From a virus (Duplodnaviria > Caudoviricetes): 64,000 nucleotides of DNA. The notes under the pieces were generated by a model. It was given only the letters and a program-made list of their open reading frames with translations, searched no databases and was not told where the DNA came from. Position numbers and translations under genes: made by a program. Location of the stretch: IMG/VR virus record IMGVR_UViG_3300025121_000013; one strand, 5' to 3'. Shown one piece after another: positions 17,785-27,154 of this stretch (position 1 is its first letter; every line of letters begins with the position of its first letter).

Positions 17785-18696
17785 TTAGGAAGGTCCTCTC
17801 CAATCGTACTTAGATAAAATATTTTCAAGGTCTAAAAATAATTTTTGAAAATCTCCCAATCCATCTAACGATTTCATTGCAGAATCCAGAGAACCATAAT
17901 GTTCTTCAAGACATGACATTAATAAATTTTTCAGCTCTCTTTCCCTTGGATATTGAGGCAATTTACTTTTCAGATATAACCCTTCTAATTGTTTTTCTTT
18001 ATCAGATACATATTTAATTAATTCATCCATTGTCCATTCGCCACGACGTATTGCCTTTAATTGTTCACGATCTCTTTGAAGATCTATATCCCCTTCATTT
18101 AATATTTGCTCTACTTCTAAAAGAAGTCGAACCGCATGGCTACCAAATTTTGTATCCCATCCATATTTTTCAATTAAGGATTTTCTTTTACCAATCGGAT
18201 TTTTAGTTTTTAATTTATGAATTTGTGAAAAAGAATACCCTTTAAAACTCCACCATGCCTTTTTACTTAAAAATATTTTTCTATTTTCTCTAACAATATT
18301 TCCAACCTTTGTCATATGATTAATACAATTGAAAGGGACAAACAAACTGTCAATCATGTTTGGATTATTGTCCATACATAATTGAAAATATTTAACAATA
18401 TTATATATTGTAATATCAAATTCTTTCTTTTGTTCTTTATCTAAAATATGATGTTGTTGAAATTGATCGAATCTCTCTCCTTGATTTCCAAAACTACGAA
18501 TAATTCCTAAAGTATGAGGAAATACAATTTCTCTTGGAGGGATACAAAAACCGTATAAATCAACATCAGATAATTCTTGGGAAATGCCGTACGCATAACT
18601 TCCCATGGTCACTAAATAATGACAATCTTCAATAATCCATTTTTTAATTCCTTTGGGTAATAAACCCTTTTTAAATAAGTCAGCTAAAATATTCAT
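17785..18696 (-). CDS. Pol-beta superfamily nucleotidyltransferase (RlaP-like)
   Basis: GSYAYG...SDVDLYGF, N.N..D.LF, K...HAVRLL...IL..G, IRRGE. Confidence 0.85.
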   Translation of the reverse strand: MNILADLFKKGLLPKGIKKWIIEDCHYLVTMGSYAYGISQELSDVDLYGFCIPPREIVFPHTLGIIRSFGNQGERFDQFQQHHILDKEQKKEFDITIYNIVKYFQLCMDNNPNMIDSLFVPFNCINHMTKVGNIVRENRKIFLSKKAWWSFKGYSFSQIHKLKTKNPIGKRKSLIEKYGWDTKFGSHAVRLLLEVEQILNEGDIDLQRDREQLKAIRRGEWTMDELIKYVSDKEKQLEGLYLKSKLPQYPRERELKNLLMSCLEEHYGSLDSAMKSLDGLGDFQKLFLDLENILSKYDWRGPS

Positions 18697-18705
18697 TTTA
18701 TATTT

Positions 18706-19185
18706 TTAAGGTTTATAATCATAAATAAAAATTGGAATATTATTTTTAGAAAAATATTTAATCAATAAAGGTTCAATTTTTTCCCATTTTCCCCCGGCTA
18801 ATCCACAGCCTATTCTTGGGGCATGAATTGATATATTATTTAACTTTTTATATAAAATAAATTCTGAAATTTCTTTTAAACATTTTTCTAACGCATCATA
18901 ACGTATTGGTGAAATATTATTTTTTGATCTTATGCCATGTTGAGCGATCATATTTATAACTGTGATTTCATCTGATACTTTACAAAATTGACAACTGCCC
19001 AAAATAGAATTACCAGCTTTGGATATAACTAAAAATTTAGCTTGCGGAAAAGACCATTTTTTAGAAATTGCTAAAACAAACCCAGCGCCCCATTTTCCAA
19101 TATCATTGCAAACATGAATAATATATTTTTTCCCAGATCCTATGGGATTTGTCGCATCTCCATTTGTATATGTTATATCAATCAT
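18706..19185 (-). CDS. macrodomain ADP-ribose hydrolase (Poa1p/TARG1/DarG-like class)
   Basis: GDATNP, IIHVCNDIGKWGAGFVLAISKKW, VINMIAQ, PRIGCGLAGGKW. Confidence 0.88.
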   Translation of the reverse strand: MIDITYTNGDATNPIGSGKKYIIHVCNDIGKWGAGFVLAISKKWSFPQAKFLVISKAGNSILGSCQFCKVSDEITVINMIAQHGIRSKNNISPIRYDALEKCLKEISEFILYKKLNNISIHAPRIGCGLAGGKWEKIEPLLIKYFSKNNIPIFIYDYKP

Positions 19186-19477
19186 TATATTCCTCTGGAT
19201 GAAACTTTCTATTTATTTCATCCCATTTTTCTTCAATATAATTTCTTTCATCCCAAGAAGAATCTATATAAATTATACCAGGTACATTATGACAAGTTGC
19301 CCCATGCTCAATAATTTCTTTTTCAAAATCTTCTTCATTGTTTCCATCATAATCTTCTGAGGTAAAAACTCCAGCAAATGCACCATGCATTATATTTCCT
19401 CGTAAAATAACTTGTCGTTCTCCAAAACCTTTATCAATAAGATCTTCAATTATTTCTTTCATTTCTAGAAGAGTCAT
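19178..19477 (-). CDS. hypothetical protein
   Basis: 99-aa acidic ORF with RBS. Confidence 0.55.
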   Translation of the reverse strand: MTLLEMKEIIEDLIDKGFGERQVILRGNIMHGAFAGVFTSEDYDGNNEEDFEKEIIEHGATCHNVPGIIYIDSSWDERNYIEEKWDEINRKFHPEEYND

Positions 19478-19523
19478 AAAAATTGATTCCTTTCTTTTAA
19501 TCTTTGAGATTCAAGAAAAATAC

Positions 19524-19826
19524 TCACTTTATTTCAGTTTTGATAAATGTTTCATAAATCCAATTTTTAAAATCCATAAGTGAGTTGAACATTTCAACCT
19601 CATAACCTTTTTTAATTGCTTCCTCTAAAAACTCCTTAAGATCCTCAGATGGTTCAATCCCTAATAATTCAGTTCTTGTTTCCAAAGAAATAAATGAATA
19701 AATATTATCATTAGTTTTGATCAAAAATCCACTTTCATCGTCTCTTCTAGCTATAAACCATTTTTCATCATCACATTGATCAGCAAAAATAACTTGTTCT
19801 TCCCCATAAGTCGGGATGACTTTCAT
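19524..19826 (-). CDS. hypothetical protein
   Basis: 100-aa ORF with RBS. Confidence 0.55.
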   Translation of the reverse strand: MKVIPTYGEEQVIFADQCDDEKWFIARRDDESGFLIKTNDNIYSFISLETRTELLGIEPSEDLKEFLEEAIKKGYEVEMFNSLMDFKNWIYETFIKTEIK

Positions 19827-19835
19827 TCTATATTC

Positions 19836-20090
19836 CTATTCCTCGAGATTTGGCTCTTCAATAATTCCAGTGAAAAACTTATGCCATTCTTCCGCCCAAT
19901 CTTTTCGATAAATATTTGGATGAACTGTTCCCATTCTTCTTAAAGGATTTAATGCCACTGAACATAAACGAACAGGACATTTAGAACAAATTTCACAGTC
20001 ATTCAAAATTTTGAAATATTTGCAATTAGGAGGACAAAGCATTGGAAAAGAAAAACCAGAAACTTTGATTTTACAACGATCTTCACTCAT
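19836..20090 (-). CDS. small Cys-rich protein
   Basis: CPPNC...CEICSKCPVRLC. Confidence 0.55.
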   Translation of the reverse strand: MSEDRCKIKVSGFSFPMLCPPNCKYFKILNDCEICSKCPVRLCSVALNPLRRMGTVHPNIYRKDWAEEWHKFFTGIIEEPNLEE

Positions 20091-20142
20091 TTGCTTTTTA
20101 TCCTTTCTACTCCGTTTTAAAACTATTTTTTAGTTTTCTTTT

Positions 20143-20874
20143 TTAAGAAAATTGCCAAACAATACTTTTTGAAAAAGGTAATATATAAATATCAAAATAT
20201 TTTTGTTTGTCAACCTCATTTATATCAATCAATTTAAAAGAATTTTCGTTTAGATAAACTTCTCCATATTCTTTAAGGAGAATACTATATTTATCTTCAA
20301 ATGGAATGCAAAATAATTCTATATCATCGCATTCAAATAAATAATTTTTTATTTTTTGTAACCCTTTAAAAATTGAACCCCTTTCAGCAAAATTTAGTTT
20401 TATTATTTTTTCATATAGATAATTCATTCTTTCATATTGATGTGAAACTCCTTTTATTTTAAGTTTGTTTTTTTGACTATCAAAAGATATATACATATTT
20501 CTATTTATCGAAATCAAGAATTTATCAAAAATATTTTGTAATTCTAATGGTAAAAATAAATCTATTTTTTCTCTGTTTAATTTTTTTGTTAATAACAAAC
20601 CATCATATTGTCTTATTACGATTTCTGAATTATCAATATTATTTATTCTTATATATTCGTCTATAATTTTTTCTGTCGTATTTCTAAGTAATTTAATAAG
20701 TTTAGGATTATCCCTCATTTTTTTACCGATTTCAATATTTCTTTGTTCTTTATCATTCTCATTTATATTAGATAAATCTGTACATAAATTTTTTAAAATA
20801 GAATAATGACAAGATCTTATGTCATAAGAATAAACATTATTTAAATAATATGAAACCGATTCATTTATTTTCAT
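20143..20874 (-). CDS. small DNA polymerase B palm-like protein
   Basis: YSYDIRSCHYSIL resembles motif A (DxxSxYxS); IRQYDGLL resembles motif C; KIKG follows. Confidence 0.45.
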   Translation of the reverse strand: MKINESVSYYLNNVYSYDIRSCHYSILKNLCTDLSNINENDKEQRNIEIGKKMRDNPKLIKLLRNTTEKIIDEYIRINNIDNSEIVIRQYDGLLLTKKLNREKIDLFLPLELQNIFDKFLISINRNMYISFDSQKNKLKIKGVSHQYERMNYLYEKIIKLNFAERGSIFKGLQKIKNYLFECDDIELFCIPFEDKYSILLKEYGEVYLNENSFKLIDINEVDKQKYFDIYILPFSKSIVWQFS

Positions 20875-21823
20875 TCAAGACACGTTCTATTTCTAAAGGG
20901 GTTACAAAGCTAGTTCCAATTTTTCCAACTACAATCCCTCCTGCAATATTTGCAATTTTTATCGCTTGAAAAATTTCACTTTGTTTGGATATCTCTAAAC
21001 CAAGTGTGGCTAGAACTGTATCCCCAGCCCCGCATACATCAAAAACTTGTCTTGGCCTTTTTGCTGGAAACTGTTTTTCATAAGTTTTTCCATATAATGA
21101 CATACCATTTTTTCCTCTGGTTATTATTACATTTTGAACATCTGCTTCATTTAAAATATATTTTCCCATCTCTGATAATTTTTCTTTTTTAGAAAACTCT
21201 TTTGCTTCTTTTAAATTTGGTGTAATTGCATAAACTTTTCCATATTTCTTATAATCAGTTCCTTTTGGATCAACCAAAATATAAGAGTCTTTAAACTTAT
21301 TAGAAAGATAATTTATAATTGAACTTTCAACAACTCCTTTTAAATAATCAGAAATTAATATGACATGAATTTCTACATTTATTTTTTCAATAATATCTTT
21401 AAAATTTTTTATTTGACTATCAGACACTATAGTTTTTATTTCTTCATCAATTCTTAAAAGTTGTTGTCTATTTGACATAATTCTAACTTTAGTCGTTGTT
21501 TTTCTTTCTTTAGTTCTTAAAACTCCATCTGTATTAATATTATTTCTTTCACAAATCTCTAAAATTTTTCTTGATGATTTATCATCTCCAATAATACTAC
21601 ATAAAAAAGCATTTCCACCCAATGAAGAAATATTATTTGCAACATTTCCACACCCACCAAGATTATAAGATTTGTCAACCACTTCGACAATTGGAACTGG
21701 AGCTTCTGGGGAAATTCTTTCAACATTTCCCCAAATATAATAATCTAACATTAAGTCTCCAAAAATTAAAACATTTTTTCCTCTGTAATCAATTTTTTTA
21801 TAATCATCTTTTTTTTCTTTCAT
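20861..21823 (-). CDS. rfaE1: D-glycero-D-manno-heptose-7-phosphate kinase (HldE/RfaE domain I, PfkB fold)
   Basis: GDLMLDYY.WG.VERISPEAPVP, GGCGNVA.NI, ISDY.KG, VDPK, TPNLKE, DVCGAGDTV. Confidence 0.9.
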   Translation of the reverse strand: MKEKKDDYKKIDYRGKNVLIFGDLMLDYYIWGNVERISPEAPVPIVEVVDKSYNLGGCGNVANNISSLGGNAFLCSIIGDDKSSRKILEICERNNINTDGVLRTKERKTTTKVRIMSNRQQLLRIDEEIKTIVSDSQIKNFKDIIEKINVEIHVILISDYLKGVVESSIINYLSNKFKDSYILVDPKGTDYKKYGKVYAITPNLKEAKEFSKKEKLSEMGKYILNEADVQNVIITRGKNGMSLYGKTYEKQFPAKRPRQVFDVCGAGDTVLATLGLEISKQSEIFQAIKIANIAGGIVVGKIGTSFVTPLEIERVLNENK

Positions 21824-21844
21824 TATTTTTCTCCCTTCAATTCT

Positions 21845-21882
21845 AGGGGGTTGGGAGAAATTTAGTTTTCTCCCAACCCCCT
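21845..21882. other. perfect 16-bp inverted repeat
   Basis: agggggttgggagaaa-tttagt-tttctcccaaccccct, intergenic, no U-tract in the sense direction. Confidence 0.85.
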
Positions 21883-21916
21883 TTTATCGTTTACGGGTTT
21901 AGTTGTTCATATTCGC

Positions 21917-22687
21917 TTAACTTTTTTCAACATTAAAAAACAAATTTAACAAAACTTCATCAATCTGAATATAATGATTAACGTCAAAAATATTTGTAAG
22001 TCTTTCATTAAACCATTTAACCACTTCACCCAAAGTTTTAAATTCAATATTTGTTTTTGAAATCTGGGGGTAAAGTAAAACGATATCTTCCATATTTACA
22101 GGTTTATTCATTTGAGATTGAATCGCTTCAATATTCTCGATTGGAATAGAAATTGAAGCTTTGCCGATATCTTTTCTTTTGATTTTATTTCCAATGGGAA
22201 ACGGTACACACCCATCTTCAGTGATGCCACATAAACGATAAAAAAGGCCAGTTTTTGTTCCATACGTTTTAATAAAAAGTTTTTCATTTATTCCATAAAG
22301 AATAAAAAATCCATTATTAAAAATTTTCATTCCAACAGGAGGTAGGGACAAAACCGGTGTGGTATTTGCCCTAGTAATAACCTTAATCAATTTCTTTGGA
22401 TTTCCTTTGAATTCCCCACCTTTTGGATCAAGGTATGAACACACCATAGTTTCCATAGGGTCAATGCCCCTAATGTCAATTTGAGAATGATTAATATTTG
22501 GAAGTTGTTTACTATATTTTAAAAACCAAGATGAAAAATCTATAATTGGCGCAGAAAAATTATTTGTCGTTTGACTAATTTCTTTTTTTTCTTCGACAGG
22601 ATTTTTTTCTGTCTGTTCAATTGATTCTTTAGATTGATTTACCATATTGTCTGGATTCTCATTCTTCACAAGATCTGCTAAATTCAT
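21917..22687 (-). CDS. hypothetical protein
   Basis: 256 aa, low-complexity N-terminus, globular remainder. Confidence 0.65.
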   Translation of the reverse strand: MNLADLVKNENPDNMVNQSKESIEQTEKNPVEEKKEISQTTNNFSAPIIDFSSWFLKYSKQLPNINHSQIDIRGIDPMETMVCSYLDPKGGEFKGNPKKLIKVITRANTTPVLSLPPVGMKIFNNGFFILYGINEKLFIKTYGTKTGLFYRLCGITEDGCVPFPIGNKIKRKDIGKASISIPIENIEAIQSQMNKPVNMEDIVLLYPQISKTNIEFKTLGEVVKWFNERLTNIFDVNHYIQIDEVLLNLFFNVEKS

Positions 22688-22941
22688 TTTTTCTCTCTCC
22701 GTTTTTTATTGTTGTCTCTCAGTGAAAAGTATTCAGATAATGATAAAATATTATCGTCTTTTTCTGTGCTCAATACTCTTTTAACAAATGTGAAATCTTC
22801 AATTTCCTTTGAAACATCTCTCCTATAAAATTTTGGATAACCTAGTCCTAATTCTAAAAATGAACACAATTCAGAATCAGGTGGAATTTTTATCATAATA
22901 TTTAATTTGGTGTCTTTATATACATGAAATATATTAGACAT
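22684..22941 (-). CDS. hypothetical protein
   Basis: 85-aa coupled ORF. Confidence 0.5.
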   Translation of the reverse strand: MSNIFHVYKDTKLNIMIKIPPDSELCSFLELGLGYPKFYRRDVSKEIEDFTFVKRVLSTEKDDNILSLSEYFSLRDNNKKRREKK

Positions 22942-23605
22942 TTTTTATATCTTCAATAACAATATTTTTAAATCCTGGCCAATTTAATTTTCCTGCTAAA
23001 GTTAAACAAGAATCATAATATTCACAATCTTTTTCATATTGATTTTTTCCAGATTTTAAAAAGTTAGAACAACGATCTTCGACTTTTCCTGAAATCAAAA
23101 TACACTTCCCATTTTTAATTTGTTGTTTTTCAAAATAAGGATTTTCTTTAATAGCTTTTACACATTTAAAACAAATGTTATATTTTTCTAAAATTTCCAC
23201 TTGAGACTTTTGATAAATTGGAGATGAAACCATTCTAGATTCTTGACAATTAGAACATTTCAAAGAAAAAGGTTTTAAATTATTATCACTTCTTGTTTTG
23301 ATTCCTGTTGAATTCTCAATCCTTCTACAAGAAATACAAATAATTTCTCCCTTAATATATCTTTCTTTTTTAATATTAAATTCATTTAATGAGACTCCTC
23401 TTTTTATATTACATTTTGGACATTTAATAATTTTAATTTCTTTTTCATTAACTACAAAAACTGATCCCTCTTCAACAGTTTCATAACAACGTTTACAAAT
23501 TAAAAAATTCATATTTCGGCTTGGCCAAAATTTATCTCCTTTGACTTGAAATCTTTTATTGCAGCAAGGGCAAAAAACAGAAAAAATCCGAAATGGATCG
23601 GGCAT
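22934..23605 (-). CDS. multi-zinc-ribbon protein
   Basis: six CxxC pairs (CPCC, CKRC, CPKC, CISC, CSNC, CFKC) plus a C-terminal Cys cluster. Confidence 0.65.
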   Translation of the reverse strand: MPDPFRIFSVFCPCCNKRFQVKGDKFWPSRNMNFLICKRCYETVEEGSVFVVNEKEIKIIKCPKCNIKRGVSLNEFNIKKERYIKGEIICISCRRIENSTGIKTRSDNNLKPFSLKCSNCQESRMVSSPIYQKSQVEILEKYNICFKCVKAIKENPYFEKQQIKNGKCILISGKVEDRCSNFLKSGKNQYEKDCEYYDSCLTLAGKLNWPGFKNIVIEDIKNV

Positions 23606-23621
23606 CCAAAGATCTTTCTTT

Positions 23622-24254
23622 TTAGATTTTTTCTAAAAGGTTCTTTTTTAGATTCTTATTATTCATCCAATGCTCATCAGTTTGAACATGATGTTTCCTA
23701 ACATATTTAACAACTGATTTATTAAAATCTTCAAATTTAAAAGAGTCAAATAATCTTATGACATACCCTTCAGTTTTTTCAAAATTTAAATCATTTTGAA
23801 CATGTAATATTTCTTCTTCATCCCATAAAAATATTTTAAAAATTGGAACAAAAGTTAAACCAAAATAACTACATAGTCTTTTTGTATCATCCAAACTTAA
23901 ACATATATTATTTTCCCAAATCGAAAACACTAAAAAGAAATCTTTTAAGTTATCATATTTTATACTTTTTTGATAATGAAGATTCTCACCACATATTCTT
24001 ATATTTTCTGGAATTAAAGATTTAATATTTCCATGAATTCTATTTACATAATGTCTTGAAAAATGTCCAGAAAATGAATCTAAACTTCTGTGCCAAATTT
24101 TCTCTCTAGTCATGGATGTATTTTCACCATCCATTTTTTCAGTCATCACTACAATTTTGTTTTTAAAATTTTCTAAATCAAAAAGAGTCCTATCATCTTT
24201 TGTTTTCCCGGGACTCCATGGAAGATGAAATGTTTTTGGATATTTTTCTAACAC
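23622..24254 (-). CDS. RNA ligase, short Rnl2-like family
   Basis: KYPKT.HLPWSPG, TEKMDGEN, CGENL, FLVFSIW, EGYVIR, KYVR. Confidence 0.85.
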   Translation of the reverse strand: MLEKYPKTFHLPWSPGKTKDDRTLFDLENFKNKIVVMTEKMDGENTSMTREKIWHRSLDSFSGHFSRHYVNRIHGNIKSLIPENIRICGENLHYQKSIKYDNLKDFFLVFSIWENNICLSLDDTKRLCSYFGLTFVPIFKIFLWDEEEILHVQNDLNFEKTEGYVIRLFDSFKFEDFNKSVVKYVRKHHVQTDEHWMNNKNLKKNLLEKI

Positions 24255-25360
24255 TATTCCCTCTCTTGAATTGTCCTTTCAAAAGTTCTTTTTCTAATTG
24301 CAATTCCTGGTTGAAATGGCTTTGGTTGAAAAAGAACTAATCTTTCCCAATCAGTCCTCTTTCCTTTTTCTCGATAACCTTCTTCCCATTTAACATTTTT
24401 CAACCAGGATGGAAATTTTCCCTCTCCATATTTATAGAATGCAAATTCTGTAAGTCTTGTATTAAATCTAAGCAATGGAAGGGCTGTATACAAATAATAA
24501 TTTCTTTTATCAATTAGATCAAGCATAATTTCTTTCGTTATATCATATTTCTTAAAATCTCCTGAAAAATCTATATCAATATCGCATTCAAAACACTGAA
24601 CTTTATTTGATACTAAATCTGAGGTATCTTTTTTAGGCGATGGAGTAAAATCTTTATCAGAGGAAGTTAAAGGAATTTTTTTCTTCATCTCTTTAATCTG
24701 TTCAAAAATATTTTGACATTCTTCTGTGAGTCTCTTCTCTAAAATTTTTGTAATGAAATAATATTGACCATAAAAACTAATCCATCTATTTGGGTGAACA
24801 AAGTTTTTAAAGATAATTTTGTTCTCTGTCAAAATTTGGGTTTCTTGAAGAAATTTATTTTCATCATTATTTGGCAGAAATTGAATTTCATGCCACCCAT
24901 CATAAAATTCTCCAGAAGGATCTGTGATGTTGAAATTTCTGGGAAACCCGACTTTATCAGTTGTCATGACATTCATATCAATGACTCTAACTGAAAATGC
25001 AAATGTTTCTTTATTTGACATAACGCCAACTAATTTTCCATGTCGATTTTTCGAAGAAACAATCATTTGTTCTTCGTTAATGGTTTTAGCGGTTCTACTT
25101 TTATAAACTGGAAGATTGATAATTGCGGAACGTCCTGATAGAGAATAAAGAAATGTCGCCAAATCTAAATCAGTACTTTGAAAAGTATTTCCGTCATTAT
25201 AGGCTGGAGAAGGTTTTCGATTCATTAAATCGTATTTCCAAAAATTTAATACCTCTGGAATTAAATCCATAACATCTTTTTCTCTATTAATAATGTCAAG
25301 AACCATTGGGTTTTCAAGGATAGAAAGAAGCGCCATTGAAACTTTCTTTTTCTCGGTCAT
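24254..25360 (-). CDS. hypothetical protein
   Basis: 368-aa ORF with RBS, no motif recognised. Confidence 0.7.
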   Translation of the reverse strand: MTEKKKVSMALLSILENPMVLDIINREKDVMDLIPEVLNFWKYDLMNRKPSPAYNDGNTFQSTDLDLATFLYSLSGRSAIINLPVYKSRTAKTINEEQMIVSSKNRHGKLVGVMSNKETFAFSVRVIDMNVMTTDKVGFPRNFNITDPSGEFYDGWHEIQFLPNNDENKFLQETQILTENKIIFKNFVHPNRWISFYGQYYFITKILEKRLTEECQNIFEQIKEMKKKIPLTSSDKDFTPSPKKDTSDLVSNKVQCFECDIDIDFSGDFKKYDITKEIMLDLIDKRNYYLYTALPLLRFNTRLTEFAFYKYGEGKFPSWLKNVKWEEGYREKGKRTDWERLVLFQPKPFQPGIAIRKRTFERTIQERE

Positions 25361-25430
25361 CTTTTTTCCTTTTTCAAAGATCTTTTATGTTCTAAAGAAG
25401 AGGGAAACCTAAATTCATATAGATGTTGGA

Positions 25431-25842
25431 TTAAATATACAAACTATTTAATAGTATTTCTTCTTTTAATTTTATAGAGTTTTGATTATAAATTTCTGGA
25501 GAACGAGTTTTTAATCTTTCCATTAAAATTGAAATTTCTTCTTGAGTTATATTTTTATTAACAAACAATTTTAAATTTAATCCATTTTCTAAAATCTTTT
25601 TTCTATCAAAATTTATATTGAACTTTTCTCCTTCCAAAATTATATCCTGCATATATGTTGATAAAGTTTTTAGAGGAAACTCCGTAGTTAAGAAGGATTT
25701 AACACAAGGATGATTTTTACAACAATGTCCTTCACCATTTATTAATTTTTTTTAAAATTCCCTGGACTACAATTGAGTCATACCACAAACCTTGCAAACC
25801 TTTTTTATCTAGATATGATGGGTGAAAAGTCCATAATCTCAA
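25431..25842 (-). pseudogene. pyrimidine-dimer DNA glycosylase/endonuclease V-like gene, frameshifted at an A8 run
   Basis: TTG start at 25842 gives MRLWTFHPSYLDKKGLQGLW; removing one A from T8 at 25746-25753 joins it to ...KNHPCVKSF...FDRKKI of ORF 25431..25652. Confidence 0.75.
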
Positions 25843-26234
25843 AAGAATAAATATGAATATTTAAAGATCAAATACATGAGAAATAAATGGATTGTGTTAT
25901 CTGCAATTGTTTGAACCAAAGAAACAAATGATATGTTTATTTCAGTATGATATTTTTCTAAATTTAAAGGATTATCTTTAATGGTTTTCCATGATCGACT
26001 TTTAATTTTTGAAAGATACCACTCAATAAAATTCGTCCCATCTAAAATTGCATGAGAAATAAAAATTAAAAATAGAAATATAAGTCCATTATGAGATTTA
26101 TAATATGGACTTACAAAAATTAAAACTGATATAGAATATATCCAACAATGTAAAAGTAAATATTCTATCTTTTTCTTTTTAAAAAAAGCCATCTTATTTG
26201 TTTGAAAAAGATAATCTCCGAATAAATGCCCCAT
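25839..26234 (-). CDS. DUF3307-like membrane protein
   Basis: GHLFGDYLFQT, HCWIY, SHAILD, DNTIH. Confidence 0.8.
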   Translation of the reverse strand: MGHLFGDYLFQTNKMAFFKKKKIEYLLLHCWIYSISVLIFVSPYYKSHNGLIFLFLIFISHAILDGTNFIEWYLSKIKSRSWKTIKDNPLNLEKYHTEINISFVSLVQTIADNTIHLFLMYLIFKYSYLFF

Positions 26235-26260
26235 GATTAAAAGGAAGAAAAATTCTCCAT

Positions 26261-26590
26261 CTAACTTCGTTTCTTTTTCCTAATTTCATATCCGTGTTGA
26301 TCAGCAAGTTGTTTTAAAATTTTAATTTTATTATTTGATGGGGTATAATATAAATTTGCAATTGTTTGCCCCATGTTTCCACCAATAGAAATTATCTGTG
26401 TTACATCAGCATGTTCAGAAGATATCGCTGAAGCCGCATTTATAAAAATTCCAGAAGGAATGTCAACAATTTTTTCTTTCAAAACTGATAATTTTAAAAC
26501 TGCATGATATACCTTTTCTCCAAAATCTTTATCTTCTTTTATTTCATTCAAAGCATCATTTAAAACTAAGATACAAGAATTATAACCCAT
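26261..26590 (-). CDS. hypothetical protein
   Basis: 109-aa ORF with RBS. Confidence 0.65.
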   Translation of the reverse strand: MGYNSCILVLNDALNEIKEDKDFGEKVYHAVLKLSVLKEKIVDIPSGIFINAASAISSEHADVTQIISIGGNMGQTIANLYYTPSNNKIKILKQLADQHGYEIRKKKRS

Positions 26591-26664
26591 CTTTTATATT
26601 ATCCCCTTTCAAATCACGACATTCTAAAAGAGTTTTTATCCTTTTTAAATTTGATATAATAATT

Positions 26665-26901
26665 TTATTTTTCAATTATTTCTTCCTTCTCTTTATGAAA
26701 TACACACCTAAATGTATCTTGAATATAAATTTTTTCTAAAGAAATTAAACTATAATTTTCTATCTGTAGAAGTTTTAAAAGTAATTCACAATGTCCATCA
26801 GATCTTGGGCCTTCATCTTTTTCAGTATTCATATTTATGTATCTACCTCTTTTAAATATAGAACATGTTTTACATTGCTTTTCATCCATTAAATTCTCCA
26901 C
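26665..26901 (-). CDS. small Cys-rich protein
   Basis: CKTCSIF...GHC...CVFH, same pattern as 16941..17162. Confidence 0.5.
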   Translation of the reverse strand: MENLMDEKQCKTCSIFKRGRYINMNTEKDEGPRSDGHCELLLKLLQIENYSLISLEKIYIQDTFRCVFHKEKEEIIEK

Positions 26902-27145
26902 TTAAAAATAACTCAAGCACTTCTTCAAAAGGTATATTTTTATTTATTAATAATTTTTCAGCCTTCTGAACACATTCTTCAATTGTGTCTCCCTTAAAAA
27001 ATATTTTTGGACATGATGATTTTCCAATACCCAATGTCCATTCGCTTCCAGTATATTCTATTTCTTTCAAATTTTTTTGTAAGATCGTTCCAGGAACTCC
27101 TCCAACAATTTTTTCTAAATTTATGATCCTTTCTTCAAGATTCAT
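26882..27145 (-). CDS. hypothetical protein
   Basis: 87-aa ORF with RBS. Confidence 0.55.
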   Translation of the reverse strand: MNLEERIINLEKIVGGVPGTILQKNLKEIEYTGSEWTLGIGKSSCPKIFFKGDTIEECVQKAEKLLINKNIPFEEVLELFLSGEFNG

Positions 27146-27154
27146 CTTCTTCTC

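Noticed and set aside
25731-25736. TGA readthrough or stop-codon reassignment in the glycosylase gene
   Set aside because: Reading through TGA meets TAA five codons later and the homology continues in another frame; all other genes are intact under the standard code
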